A stretch of DNA of 64,000 nucleotides. It comes from an uncultured Pelagibacteraceae bacterium (GTDB taxonomy: Bacteria; Pseudomonadota; Alphaproteobacteria; Pelagibacterales; Pelagibacteraceae). The notes beneath the pieces were generated by a model, which was given only the letters and a program-made list of their open reading frames with translations, was not told the DNA's origin and did not search any database. Shown piece by piece: positions 34,601-44,700 of the stretch. Numbering within the stretch: the stretch's first letter is position 1; every line of letters begins with the position of its first letter. Position numbers and translations under genes: made by a program. The stretch covers positions 41,077 through 105,076 of the forward strand of contig CACBMY010000001.1 in NCBI GenBank assembly GCA_902540545.1, written 5' to 3'.

Positions 34601-36127
34601 TAAAACTGCTAAAGGCGTGTCATCACCCATTGAGCCTGTTGCTTCTTTAGCATCTTCTGCCATTGGATGAAGAATTAATTCTAAATCTTCTATGCTATAT
34701 CCAAAACAATGTTGAAAATTTCTCAAACTTTGGCCTTCTAGCTCTACTTTTTCAGTTTCTGCCTCTAATTTTTTATCAAGATCAATAATCTGATTGTTGT
34801 AATGCTTATATTCTTTTGAAAGGTAGTTTTTTATTTCATCGTTTGAATATACTTTGCCTTTTTCTATTCTTACTCCTAATATTTCTCCAGGTCCTAATCT
34901 TCCTTTAGATACAATTTTTTTCTCATTTAAATCTATCATTCCTGTTTCACTTCCTGCAAAAAGAAGTTTGTCTCTTGTCACTGTATATCTAAGTGGTCTT
35001 AATCCGTTTCTGTCGGTTGCAACAATTACCCATTCATTATCTGTTGCAGCTATAGCAGCTGGTCCATCCCAAGGCTCCATGGTACTATTTAAAAAATTGA
35101 ATAGTTGTTGATGATCTTTTTTTAACACCTTATTTTTTTTTGACCAAGCGTCTGGTATTAACATTAATTTTGCTAGAGGAGCCGGCTGTCCAGAAATATT
35201 TAATAACTCAAAAACATTATCTAATGATGCAGAGTCAGAATTTCCAGCTGGTATTACAGGCTTAAGATTCTCTATATCTTCGAAAACAGGACTAAACATC
35301 TCTTCTTCGTGGACTTTCATCCAATTTACATTTCCTTTAAGAGTATTTATTTCACCATTATGCGCTATAGATCTAAATGGTTGCGCTAAGTCCCAACTTG
35401 GCGCAGTATTAGTTGAAAATCTTTGGTGAAATATTGCATACCTAGATATAAATCTTTCATCTTTTAAGTCAGTATAAAAATCTGACAAAGCTTCTGCTAA
35501 AAACATTCCTTTATAAATTATAGATTTAGAACTAAATGAACATATATAAAAATTATTTAATTGATTATTGAGAGCTTCTTTTTCAATTACTCTTCTAGTT
35601 TCATACAATTTTTGTTCCAAAGATTTATTAACAACTTTTTTGTCATCGTATGTGAACAATACTTGAGTAATTTCAGGTCTTGTTTGTTCAGCTTTTTCTC
35701 CTAAGACAGAGGGATCAACAGGAACTTGTCTCCAGCCATAGATGCTAAAATTTCTCTTTGTTAGTTCGCTTTCAACAATAGTTCTGCATTGCTCTTGAGC
35801 GCTATAATCATTTCTTGGTAAGAAAATCATACCCACACATAGTTCAGAATTATCATGTTTATGACCTGTGACTTCAATTTTTTCCTCAAAGAAATCTTTA
35901 GGAATTTCAATATGGATTCCAGCACCATCTCCTGTTTTTCCGTCTGCATCGATTGCACCCCTATGCCAAACAGCTTTTAAGGCATCTATTCCATATTCTA
36001 CGACTTTTCTTGATTTTAGACCTTCGGTAGATGCTACTAATCCTACGCCACATGCATCATGTTCCATTTCTTCTGAGTAAACATGATTACTTTTTAAAAT
36101 TTTTAAATTTTTATTTCTTAATTTCAT
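31631..36127 (-). CDS. gltB: Glutamate synthase large subunit
   Basis: HDA-CGVG Ntn start, HQRFSTNT, AQGAKPGEGGQL, CIMVRQCHSNTCPVG. Confidence 0.98.
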   Translation of the reverse strand: MKLRNKNLKILKSNHVYSEEMEHDACGVGLVASTEGLKSRKVVEYGIDALKAVWHRGAIDADGKTGDGAGIHIEIPKDFFEEKIEVTGHKHDNSELCVGMIFLPRNDYSAQEQCRTIVESELTKRNFSIYGWRQVPVDPSVLGEKAEQTRPEITQVLFTYDDKKVVNKSLEQKLYETRRVIEKEALNNQLNNFYICSFSSKSIIYKGMFLAEALSDFYTDLKDERFISRYAIFHQRFSTNTAPSWDLAQPFRSIAHNGEINTLKGNVNWMKVHEEEMFSPVFEDIENLKPVIPAGNSDSASLDNVFELLNISGQPAPLAKLMLIPDAWSKKNKVLKKDHQQLFNFLNSTMEPWDGPAAIAATDNEWVIVATDRNGLRPLRYTVTRDKLLFAGSETGMIDLNEKKIVSKGRLGPGEILGVRIEKGKVYSNDEIKNYLSKEYKHYNNQIIDLDKKLEAETEKVELEGQSLRNFQHCFGYSIEDLELILHPMAEDAKEATGSMGDDTPLAVLSDKYRPLYHYFRQNFSQVTNPPIDSLRENKVMSLKTRFGNLGNILDFSKLTKDNIYVLNSPILSNAQFEKFLKFFGNNNKVLDCTFSKDDDLETSINLLKVKSEQAVREGIKQIILSDKNISENRMPMPMLLCIGAINTHLVKLGLRGYVSINVQTGDALDTHSFATLIGVGATTVNPYLAFDSLYQRHSKKLFGNFTFDECISRYIKSVNLGLLKIMSKMGISVLSSYRGGCNFETVGLSRTIVKDYFPGMLSKISGIGLKGIEKKIRTIHEEAFFNNSNILPIGGIYRYRKNGETHQYQGKLIHLLQTAVGQGSYEIYKKYTKGIYNLNPISLRDLVDFKSKNPIDISNVEPASNILKRFGSGSMSHGALSKEAHETLAVGMNRIKGASCSGEGGEDEKRFKIMDNGDSANSRVKQIASARFGVTINYLNNCNEIEIKIAQGAKPGEGGQLPGFKVTDEIARLRHSTPGVTLISPPPHHDIYSIEDLAQLIYDLKQINPKARVGVKLVASSGIGTIAAGVAKAKADIILISGHSGGTGATPQTSVKYVGVPWEMGLTEANQVLTLNNLRHQVTLRTDGGIKTGRDVVIAAMMGAEEFGVATTALVAMGCIMVRQCHSNTCPVGVCTQDDKLREKFTGTPEKVVNLFTFIAEEVREILADLGFKSLNEVIGRTDLLRQVSKGSPNLDDLDLNPLFVQADPGKNKRYCEKPEINSVPDTLDQKLWLEIEDKIDKKEKINQEFEIQNTDRAVGTRISYHLYKKFGNNNLDENSIELNFKGSAGQSFGAFAIKGLKLILKGDANDYVAKGLSGGTIVIKLQDESNLVSNENTIIGNTVLYGATSGKLLAAGQAGERFAVRNSGATAVVEGCDSNGCEYMTGGNIIILGDIGDNFGAGMTGGMAFIYDPENKFDKKVNPESVVWQTPETKFWIEHLRKLIQDHAIETNSTISKKIVENFENEINNFVQVCPKEMLDKLENPISNKKLVGQAS

Positions 36128-37560
36128 TAAGCAACTCTAAGTTTTTGTTTACTTTGTAAATAATTGTCAATTGATGTTGCGGCATCTCTTCCGTCTTTAA
36201 TGCCCCAAACCACTAAGGATGCTCCACGAACTATATCTCCAGCTGCAAAAACTCCCTCTATACTAGTTTCCATTGTATCAAAATCCGCTTTTATTGTTCC
36301 CCATCTTGATACTTTTAATTTTTCTTCATTAAATAATTTTGGAAGATCTTCTGGATCAAATCCAAGTGCTTTGATTACAAGATCAGCTTTAATTTCAAAA
36401 TCTGAATTTTCCTCAACAACTGGTTTTCTTCTACCGCTATCATCTGGCTCACCCAATTTCATTTTATTAACAACTACACTTTCAATTTTATTTGTTCCCT
36501 TAAACTCTTTAGGGCTTGTTAACCAAATGAATTCAACACCTTCTTCTTCTGCATTACCAACTTCTCTTGCTGATCCTGGCATATTTTCTCTATCTCTTCT
36601 ATATAAACATTTTACAGATTTAGCATTCTGTCTCACTGAAGTCCTTAAGCAGTCCATTGCTGTGTCACCACCTCCAATTACTACAACATCTTTGCCTTCA
36701 GCATTTAAAGTTCCGTTATCAAACAGCTCAACTTTATCACCTAGTCCTTTTTTATTTGATGCTGTCAAAAATTCCATTGCAGGGAAAATATTACTCAAAT
36801 CGTTACCAGGTAGATTAACTTCTCTAGCTTTATAAACTCCTGTAGCTATTAAAATTGCATCATGTTTTTCTCTTAACTCCGTCAAGCTGGAGTCTTTTCC
36901 AACTTCAAAGTTTAAGACAAATCTAATTCCACTTTCTTCTAAAAGTTTTATTCTTCTTTGAACAACATGCTTTTCTAATTTAAATCCTGGGATACCGTAA
37001 ATTAGTAACCCTCCAGCTCTGTCATAACGATCATATATTGTTACCTTATATCCTTTTTTTCTGAGTTGTTCTCCACAAGCAAGTCCAGCAGGTCCAGAAC
37101 CTATAATTCCTACACTCTCATTTTTTTCACTATTTATCTCAATTGGTTTAACCCAACCATTTTCCCAAGCTTTCTCTGTAATATATTTTTCTATTGATCC
37201 AATAGTTACTGTTCCGTGACCCGATTGCTCTATTACACAATTTCCTTCACACAGCCTATCCTGGGGGCAAATTCTTCCACAAACTTCTGGCATGTTGTTT
37301 GTGCTTTGTGACAATTGATAAGCTTCCTCATACCTTCCCTCAGCAGTTAGTTTAAGCCAATCTGGTATATTGTTACTTAATGGACAATGAACTTGGCAAA
37401 ATGGTACTCCACATTGGGAACATCTGCTTGATTGTTGAACAGCTCTATCTTTAAGAAATTCTTTATATATTTCATCAAAATCCTCTTTTCGGTCTGATAT
37501 ATCTCTTTTAGGTGGATTTTGTTGACCTATATCAACAAACTTAAGCATTTTTTCTGACAT
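36127..37560 (-). CDS. gltD: Glutamate synthase small subunit
   Basis: RCSQCGVPFC, CGRICPQDRLCEG, GSGPAG, GGGDTAMD. Confidence 0.97.
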   Translation of the reverse strand: MSEKMLKFVDIGQQNPPKRDISDRKEDFDEIYKEFLKDRAVQQSSRCSQCGVPFCQVHCPLSNNIPDWLKLTAEGRYEEAYQLSQSTNNMPEVCGRICPQDRLCEGNCVIEQSGHGTVTIGSIEKYITEKAWENGWVKPIEINSEKNESVGIIGSGPAGLACGEQLRKKGYKVTIYDRYDRAGGLLIYGIPGFKLEKHVVQRRIKLLEESGIRFVLNFEVGKDSSLTELREKHDAILIATGVYKAREVNLPGNDLSNIFPAMEFLTASNKKGLGDKVELFDNGTLNAEGKDVVVIGGGDTAMDCLRTSVRQNAKSVKCLYRRDRENMPGSAREVGNAEEEGVEFIWLTSPKEFKGTNKIESVVVNKMKLGEPDDSGRRKPVVEENSDFEIKADLVIKALGFDPEDLPKLFNEEKLKVSRWGTIKADFDTMETSIEGVFAAGDIVRGASLVVWGIKDGRDAATSIDNYLQSKQKLRVA

Positions 37561-37608
37561 GGTGGACGCTGTATATACGATAAAAATTTAATAATAAACA
37601 ATTACAAG

Positions 37609-37623
37609 GTCATAAATATTGAC
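37609..37623. promoter_or_regulatory. Palindrome GTCA-N7-TGAC upstream of gltD, candidate operator
   Basis: GTCATAAATATTGAC, about 50 nt upstream of the gltD start in the divergent gltD/uppP spacer. Confidence 0.3.
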
Positions 37624-37738
37624 TAATATTTCACAAAACTTAAGTAAATCAGAGGTTTTTTCTTATTATGCATAGATGATATGCAAATATGTAATTGCTT
37701 TAATTTGGTTACAATTTCATTATGAAGTATTGGATCTA

Positions 37739-38506
37739 ATGATTTCAAAATATGTAGAGACGCTAATTTTATCAATTATTCAAGGAATATCTGAGTTTAT
37801 TCCAGTTAGCTCTTCTGCGCATCTTTTAATTATATCAAGATTAAGTGACTTCAATATTAGCAACCTACAATTAGATATTAGTCTGCATTTAGGTTCTTTG
37901 TTAGCAATTATTTTATATTTTAGAAAAGAGTTAATAAATATCATTAATAATAAAAATATATTTCTACTAATAATTCTTGGGTCAATACCATTGGTTATTT
38001 TTGGTTATATTTTTTACTCCACAAATTTAATTGATCAATTTAGAAACTTAAAAGTTGTCGCCTGGACAACTTTGATTTTTGGAATTTTATTATACTTTTC
38101 AGATAAGTTTGAACTGAAAAATAAAATTTCTTCAGAATTAAATATTAAAAGTATTATTATAATAGGGTTATTTCAGATTTTAGCTATTATTCCAGGAGTC
38201 AGTAGATCAGGAATAGTAATTACAGCTTCAAGATTTTTAAAATTTGATAGAGTTGAATCATCGAAGATAGCTTTTTATTTGTCTATTCCAGCTTTATCAG
38301 GTGCAAGTGTTTTGGGATTTAAAGATGTTATTGATGATCAAATAAATTTTGATACTATTTTTATTTTTTCTACTTTAGCTTCATTTTTATTTTCTTATTT
38401 TACAATTAAATATTTTCTTATTTATGTTAAAATGTTTAGTTTAAATTTTTTTGTTATTTATAGAATAGTTTTAAGTATTATTCTTTTTTTGATTATATAC
38501 TTATAA
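37739..38506 (+). CDS. uppP: Undecaprenyl-diphosphate phosphatase
   Basis: QGISEFIPVSSSAH, LHLGS, PGVSRSG; likely start MISKY at 37739. Confidence 0.95.
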   Translation: MISKYVETLILSIIQGISEFIPVSSSAHLLIISRLSDFNISNLQLDISLHLGSLLAIILYFRKELINIINNKNIFLLIILGSIPLVIFGYIFYSTNLIDQFRNLKVVAWTTLIFGILLYFSDKFELKNKISSELNIKSIIIIGLFQILAIIPGVSRSGIVITASRFLKFDRVESSKIAFYLSIPALSGASVLGFKDVIDDQINFDTIFIFSTLASFLFSYFTIKYFLIYVKMFSLNFFVIYRIVLSIILFLIIYL

Positions 38507-39388
38507 TTTTTTTGAAGTTGGAGCAACTTGAGAAAATATTACAGCAATAAGAATTAATATGCATCCTATAATATTATTTATGTTAAGAACTTGACTTAAA
38601 ATAATCCATCCAGCAATTGTTGCAAAGACGCCTTCAAGGGAGTAAATTATTGCTGCAGGAGCTTCTTCAATATTTTTTTGTGCAAACATTTGTAAAGTAA
38701 AAGCAATTCCTCCAGATAATACTCCTGCATATAATATTGAACTGTATTCAGTTAAAATTTTTGTAATAACTACTTCCTCTAAAATAAAGGCAAATAGAAG
38801 AGATAAAACAAAAACAAGAGCTGCTTGTAATGCTGCATAAAAAATCGGTATATTAAATTTCTCCATAAATTTTCCAGCGAAAATTATATGTAGTGCCCAA
38901 AATAGTGAGCATAGAATAACTAAAGCATCACCTATCATAATTTCTGAGTTTGAAAAATCACTTAATAGGTAAACACCTATTATACATAAACCTATTGAAG
39001 GCCACAGACTCCAATGGACTTTAATAGAATAAATAAAAAATAATAAAATTGGAACTAATGGAACGTAAAAAACTGTAAAAAAAGCTGCATTAGCTATATT
39101 CGTGTATTGTAATGCGGCTTGCTGCAAGTAAGTGCCCAAAAATAATGATATACCCATTAAAAATAAATATTTTAAAAATAATTTTTTATTAGAATTGATT
39201 TCATAATTAATTTTTTTTCTTTCTAAAATTAAAGCAATGGGTAGGACTGTAAGAAAACCAACAAAAAATCTAGATGCATTAAATGTTAATGGACCAATAT
39301 TGTCCATGCCTGTGTCTTGAGCAATGAAAGCAGTGCCCCAAATAAATGTTGTTATCAAAGCGCATATAAGCGATGTAGTTTTGGACAT
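38501..39388 (-). CDS. DMT/EamA-family transporter
   Basis: About 10 hydrophobic segments in two repeats; FIWGTAF, RF, GDAL, LEGVFA. Confidence 0.88.
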   Translation of the reverse strand: MSKTTSLICALITTFIWGTAFIAQDTGMDNIGPLTFNASRFFVGFLTVLPIALILERKKINYEINSNKKLFLKYLFLMGISLFLGTYLQQAALQYTNIANAAFFTVFYVPLVPILLFFIYSIKVHWSLWPSIGLCIIGVYLLSDFSNSEIMIGDALVILCSLFWALHIIFAGKFMEKFNIPIFYAALQAALVFVLSLLFAFILEEVVITKILTEYSSILYAGVLSGGIAFTLQMFAQKNIEEAPAAIIYSLEGVFATIAGWIILSQVLNINNIIGCILILIAVIFSQVAPTSKKL

Positions 39389-39402
39389 TAATTTAATTAA
39401 AT

Positions 39403-40500
39403 TTAGATAATATTATTCATTCTACAACAGCTATCAAAATCTTCTTTATTGATATAGCAACCAGCCATTTTTCTTATACCTGAAAATGCACCTCTACCAT
39501 GCATTACTCTCCAATTATTAAAAATTAGTAATTCACCAGGTTTTAAAATATGCCTCCACTGATATTGCTTTTGGTTTGCCATCGTATCAAATACTTTAAT
39601 TGCTTTATAAAAATTAATTGTTTTCTTATTAGTTTCTCTAAAAGGAGCTCTATCATAATTGTTAAAACTAATTTGATCAAAATTATTTTTTTCATTTAAT
39701 TTTATTATTGGTCTTTTTGCTTCAAGGCGAACACCATCACCAATATAAGAACCTTTAACTTTTGTATTTGTTAAAGTTTTAAAATGTTTTTTATATTTTT
39801 GTTTGATTTCATTTGCCAATTTAAATCCATCTACAATTATAGAATCTCCACCTTTAGCATCATACTTACAACAAAGCAGTAATTGTAAACCCGGAGCATC
39901 ATTACTATATGTAGAGTCTGTATGTGGTCTCAGTTCTTGGTTTGAATATGCACTGTCTGCTTTTTTATTATTTGATTCAAAAGTCCACAATCCTCCAAAA
40001 ATTGAATTTCTGACATAACCTATTTTTTTAGCTATATATTCAACAGAGTTTAAATTCTTTGAACAATTTCTTACGACTGCAAAACCATATATGTGGATTT
40101 TTTTTAATAAATTTTTAAATCCAACTTTAGTTTGTAATTGCTTATAGTTAATGAAAATTTGATTTTTTATGTCTTTATCTTTCCAAAATTGAGTATCACT
40201 TTTAGTTTCTTCTTTTTTTAAAGAATTTTTTTTTAAAAATTCATATGAATATTTGGTTGGTTTATTTTCATCAGACCATAATATTTCAATGAATTTCCCT
40301 TTTTTTAATAATTTTGCTTTTTTAACTTTTATATTAATGTCTAAATTTGCGGTATAAGTTATTCTTTGATTGGTTTTAAAATCCCAGTTTTCTTTATTTT
40401 TAATATGATCTCTTAACCAAATATTAGGAAATGTTTCAAATTTGTTGTCATTAAAGTAAAATATAGTTTTATTATTTAAAAGTTTAAAATTTTTAATCAT
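39403..40500 (-). CDS. TauD/TfdA-family Fe(II)/2-oxoglutarate dioxygenase, gamma-butyrobetaine/trimethyllysine hydroxylase-like
   Basis: N-terminal WLRDH, facial triad PHTD...HGR, PGLQLL, VDGF, NNYDRAP. Confidence 0.85.
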   Translation of the reverse strand: MIKNFKLLNNKTIFYFNDNKFETFPNIWLRDHIKNKENWDFKTNQRITYTANLDINIKVKKAKLLKKGKFIEILWSDENKPTKYSYEFLKKNSLKKEETKSDTQFWKDKDIKNQIFINYKQLQTKVGFKNLLKKIHIYGFAVVRNCSKNLNSVEYIAKKIGYVRNSIFGGLWTFESNNKKADSAYSNQELRPHTDSTYSNDAPGLQLLLCCKYDAKGGDSIIVDGFKLANEIKQKYKKHFKTLTNTKVKGSYIGDGVRLEAKRPIIKLNEKNNFDQISFNNYDRAPFRETNKKTINFYKAIKVFDTMANQKQYQWRHILKPGELLIFNNWRVMHGRGAFSGIRKMAGCYINKEDFDSCCRMNNII

Positions 40501-41780
40501 TGCTTAGCTAATTTGTAGGCAAAGTTTTTACCAAGGTTATTTTTTAATTCATTATTAAATCTTGAACCCTCGGCACCGTCAATAATTCTATGATCGTAAG
40601 AGAGAGATAAAGGCAACATTGTTCTAGGTTTAAATTGTCCATCAATATAAACAGGTTTAATATAAGTCCTTCCAATGCCTAAAATAGCAACCTCAGGATA
40701 ATTTATTATAGGAGTAAAATAAGTTCCTCCAATGCCACCTAGGCTTGTTATAGTTATGGATCCTCCATAAAACTCTTTTTTATCTATCTTCAAATTTCGG
40801 CAATCATCACTAACTTTTTTTAGATCCTTGCTTATTTGATCTATATTCTTTTGATTAGCATTTCTTATTTTTGGCACCATTAAACCATTGGGAGTATCAA
40901 CTGCAATTCCTACATGGAAGTATTTTTTTAATGTTATTTTTCCATTTTCAATATTGTCAATAGAACTATTAAATCTTGGAAAAACTTTCAAAGTTTCCAC
41001 AACTGCCTTTATAATAAATGCCAATGGAGTAATTTTCTTTTTTTCTCCAGTAAAAGTATCAGTCAAATTTTGTCTAAATTCTTCTAACTCAGTAATATCT
41101 GCTTCATCACAACTAGTAACATGCGGTATTGTTTGCCAAGAATTTGATAAATGTGGAGCAGCAATTCTTTTAATTCTTGGTATATCTTGAATTTCTACAT
41201 CTCCAAAATCAGCGTGGTCATATTCTGAGGGCTTTATAGATGGAGCCTTCTTTTCTTCCTGAGGTTTATTAAAATTAGAAGATACAAATTTTTTTATATC
41301 CTCTTCTATAATTCTTCCTGATCTTTGTGATCCAATAACATTATTAATATCAACACCAAGTTCTCTTGCAAATTTTCTAGTTTTTGGGCTAGCAAGCGCT
41401 TTGCTTGATTTGAATACACTAACTTTATTATTTTGTAATATTTCTTTTGGTTTAGAAGTTACTGTTTCAAGAGGTTTTTGTATAATAGTTTCTTTTTTAA
41501 CTTCTTTCATCTCTTCTTCGATTTGAACATCTGGTTTTTGTTCCTCAGAACCAATTATTAATATTGAAGAACCCTCTGAAACCTTATCACCAACTTTTAA
41601 ATTAACTTTTTTAACACTACCTGAGTATGGGCTTGGGATCTCAACACTTGATTTATCGCTTTCTATTGTAATTATCGGATCATCTTTATTAATATTTGAT
41701 CCTGCCTCTATTAATACCTCAATTACTTCAACATCTTTAAAATCACCAATGTTAGGAACTAATACTTCTTTCTCGCTCAT
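40497..41780 (-). CDS. aceF: Pyruvate dehydrogenase E2, dihydrolipoamide acetyltransferase, one lipoyl domain
   Basis: Lipoyl ESDKSSVE, binding domain ASPKTRKFARELGV, catalytic YDHRIIDG. Confidence 0.93.
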   Translation of the reverse strand: MSEKEVLVPNIGDFKDVEVIEVLIEAGSNINKDDPIITIESDKSSVEIPSPYSGSVKKVNLKVGDKVSEGSSILIIGSEEQKPDVQIEEEMKEVKKETIIQKPLETVTSKPKEILQNNKVSVFKSSKALASPKTRKFARELGVDINNVIGSQRSGRIIEEDIKKFVSSNFNKPQEEKKAPSIKPSEYDHADFGDVEIQDIPRIKRIAAPHLSNSWQTIPHVTSCDEADITELEEFRQNLTDTFTGEKKKITPLAFIIKAVVETLKVFPRFNSSIDNIENGKITLKKYFHVGIAVDTPNGLMVPKIRNANQKNIDQISKDLKKVSDDCRNLKIDKKEFYGGSITITSLGGIGGTYFTPIINYPEVAILGIGRTYIKPVYIDGQFKPRTMLPLSLSYDHRIIDGAEGSRFNNELKNNLGKNFAYKLAKQ

Positions 41781-44700
41781 TATAATTTTGTAGGCATAGG
41801 CTTATCTTTATCAATTTTATATTTTTTAATTGCATCTACCGCATGTTTAGAAGCAATTAATTGTTCATTTGATAAAATACTTAAGCCATATGCAACTATA
41901 TGCTCTTTATCGACTTCAAAAAATTTTCTTAGATTTTTTCTTGTATCACTTCTGCCAAATCCATCTGTACCCAATGAATAAAAACTTTTATTTATGTAAG
42001 GTCTAATTTGGTCAGAATTCATTCTCATGTAATCTGAAGCTGCTAGAATAGGACCTTCGGTTTTTCCAAGGCATTTTTCAACGTAAGAGATTTTTTTCTC
42101 TCCTCCTGGATTAAGCAAATTATACCTTTCTGTTTCAAGTCCATCTCTTCTTAATTCATTAAAACTGGTAACACTCCATACTTCACTATCAACTTGATAT
42201 TCATTTTGTAAAATTTCTGCTGCTTCAATCATCTCTCTTAAAATTGTTCCTGAACCCAATAATTGAATCTTATTTTTTTTATTCTTGCTGAAATCTTTTA
42301 TTTTATACATCCCTTTTAATATGCCTTCTTCACAATCTTTGGGCATCTGTGGATGAGAATAATTTTCATTCATTGTTGTAATATAGTAAAAAATATTTTC
42401 ATGTTTTTCATGCATTCTTCTTAAACCTTCTTTAAAAATTGTAGCTAATTCATAATGAAAGGTTGGATCATAAGAAACACAATTTGGAATTGTTGATGCT
42501 AATAAATGACTGTGACCATCTTGGTGTTGAAGGCCTTCTCCAGCCAAAGTTGTTCTTCCAGCTGTAGCTCCAATTAGAAATCCTCTTGTTTGACTGTCTC
42601 CAGCCGCCCACGCAAAATCGCCAGTTCTTTGAAAACCAAACATAGAATAAAAAAGATAAATTGGTATCATTTCTATATCATGATTTGAATACGATGTTCC
42701 TGCAGCTATCCATGATGCCATGGATCCAGCCTCATTTATTCCTTCCTCTAAAACTTGACCACTTTTCTCTTCCTTGTAAGAGCTTAATTGAGCTGAGTCC
42801 TCTGGCTCATATTTTTGACCTTCATGCGCATATATACCTATTTTTTGGAAAAAACCTTCCATACCAAATGTTCTTGCTTCATCAGGGATTATTGGAACAA
42901 GTCTTGGAGCAACATTTTTATCTCTTAGCAAATTGGTCAACATCCTAACAAGTGCCATAGTAGTTGACATTTCTTTTTCACCGGTTGATTTTTTCATAAA
43001 GTCAAAAATATCGTTATTTGGTGTTTTGATTGGTTTCGAAAAAGACGATCTCTCAGGAATATATCCTCCTAAAGCCAGTCTTCTTTTTTTTAAGTATTTT
43101 ATTTCCTCTGAATTTTCATCAGGTCTAAAGTATTCTATATTTTTGACTTGTTCATCTGTTAATGGAACATCAAATCTATCTCTATAATATAGCAAATCAT
43201 CTACACCTAATTTTTTTTGCTGATGGGTTGTATTTATACTTTCACCAGATTTTCCCATACCGTATCCTTTAATTGTTTTAGCTAATATGACTGTTGGTCT
43301 GTCTTTTGTATTAATAGCTTTATGATAAGCAGCATAAACTTTATGCGGGTCGTGACCGCCTCTATTTAATTTCCAAATATCGCTATCCGTATAACTTGCA
43401 ACTAGATTTTTAAGTTCAGGGTATTTCCCAAAGAAGTTATCTCTAACATATAAACCGCCTTTTGCTTTAAAGGCTTGGTATTCTCCATCAACTGCTTCGT
43501 TCATTCTTTTTACAAGTAAACCTGATTTATCATTTGCGAGTAAAGGATCCCAATATGATCCCCAAATGACTTTTATTACATTCCATCCAGCTCCTCTAAA
43601 AATTCCTTCTAATTCTTGAATAATTTTACCATTGCCTCTTACTGGACCATCTAATCTTTGTAGGTTGCAGTTCACAACATAAATCAAGTTATCTAACTTT
43701 TCTCTTGCTGCTAAACCAATAGATCCTAGAGCTTCTGGCTCGTCTATTTCACCATCTCCTAAGAAAGACCAAACTTTTCTATTCTCATCTTTTATTAATT
43801 TTCTATTAATAAGATATTTCATAAATCTTGCCTGATAGGTTGCCATCATTGGTCCAAGACCCATAGAAACAGTTGGAAACTGCCAAAACTTAGGCATCAG
43901 CCATGGATGAGGATAAGATGACAAACCTCCTGGGTAAACTTCCTGTCTGAATCTATCTAATTGCTTCTCGTCAAGTCTTCCTTCCAAAAAAGCTCTAGCG
44001 TAAATACCTGGCGCTGAATGTCCTTGGAAATAAATTAAATCTCCACCAAATTTATTGCTTTTAGCTCTCCAAAAATGATTCATTCCTATATCATAAAGAG
44101 TTGCTGCTGAAGCAAATGTCCCAATGTGACCTCCTAATGAAGGATCTCTCATGTTTGCTCTGACAACCATCACTGCTGAATTCCATCGAATTAGTGCTCT
44201 GATTTTTCTTTCGATATTTTGATCGCCTGGAGATTTTATCTCTTCATCTGCTGGTATAGTGTTTATGTATGGTGTATTTTGGGTGTAGGGTATATTTGAT
44301 CCTTCTTTATATGCCTGATCAATTAATTGTTTAATTAAAAAATGAGCTCTCTCAGGTCCTTCGGAATGTACTACAGCAGACAAAGATTCTAACCATTCTT
44401 TTGTCTCTTGAGGATCAATATCATTATTATTTTCAACTATTTCTAATCTTTCATTATGTTCATCTACTTGTGTATTTTCTACTTTGATCTCTTTATGTGC
44501 ACTCGTATCTAATTCAGAATTATTATATCCATTAGAATTTTCCGCTTCGGCAATTATTTTTTCCGTTGCAGGTGGTATCTTTTCAATAGTTTCTTGTTTT
44601 TGCTGAGTTCCATTCTCAGAGGATAATGTTAGTATCAAATCTCCTTTAGAAACTTTATCACCAATCTTTATGTTAATACTATCTACAACGCCCTCGAAAG

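Noticed and set aside
36164-36835. Long antisense ORF within gltD and many similar shadow ORFs (e.g. 12510-12962, 15771-16235, 31020-31373, 50258-50623)
   Set aside because: They lie wholly opposite well-conserved genes, have Ser/Phe/Ile-rich antisense composition and show no motifs.
31631-37560. gltD preceding gltB
   Set aside because: This order is ordinary in Alphaproteobacteria.
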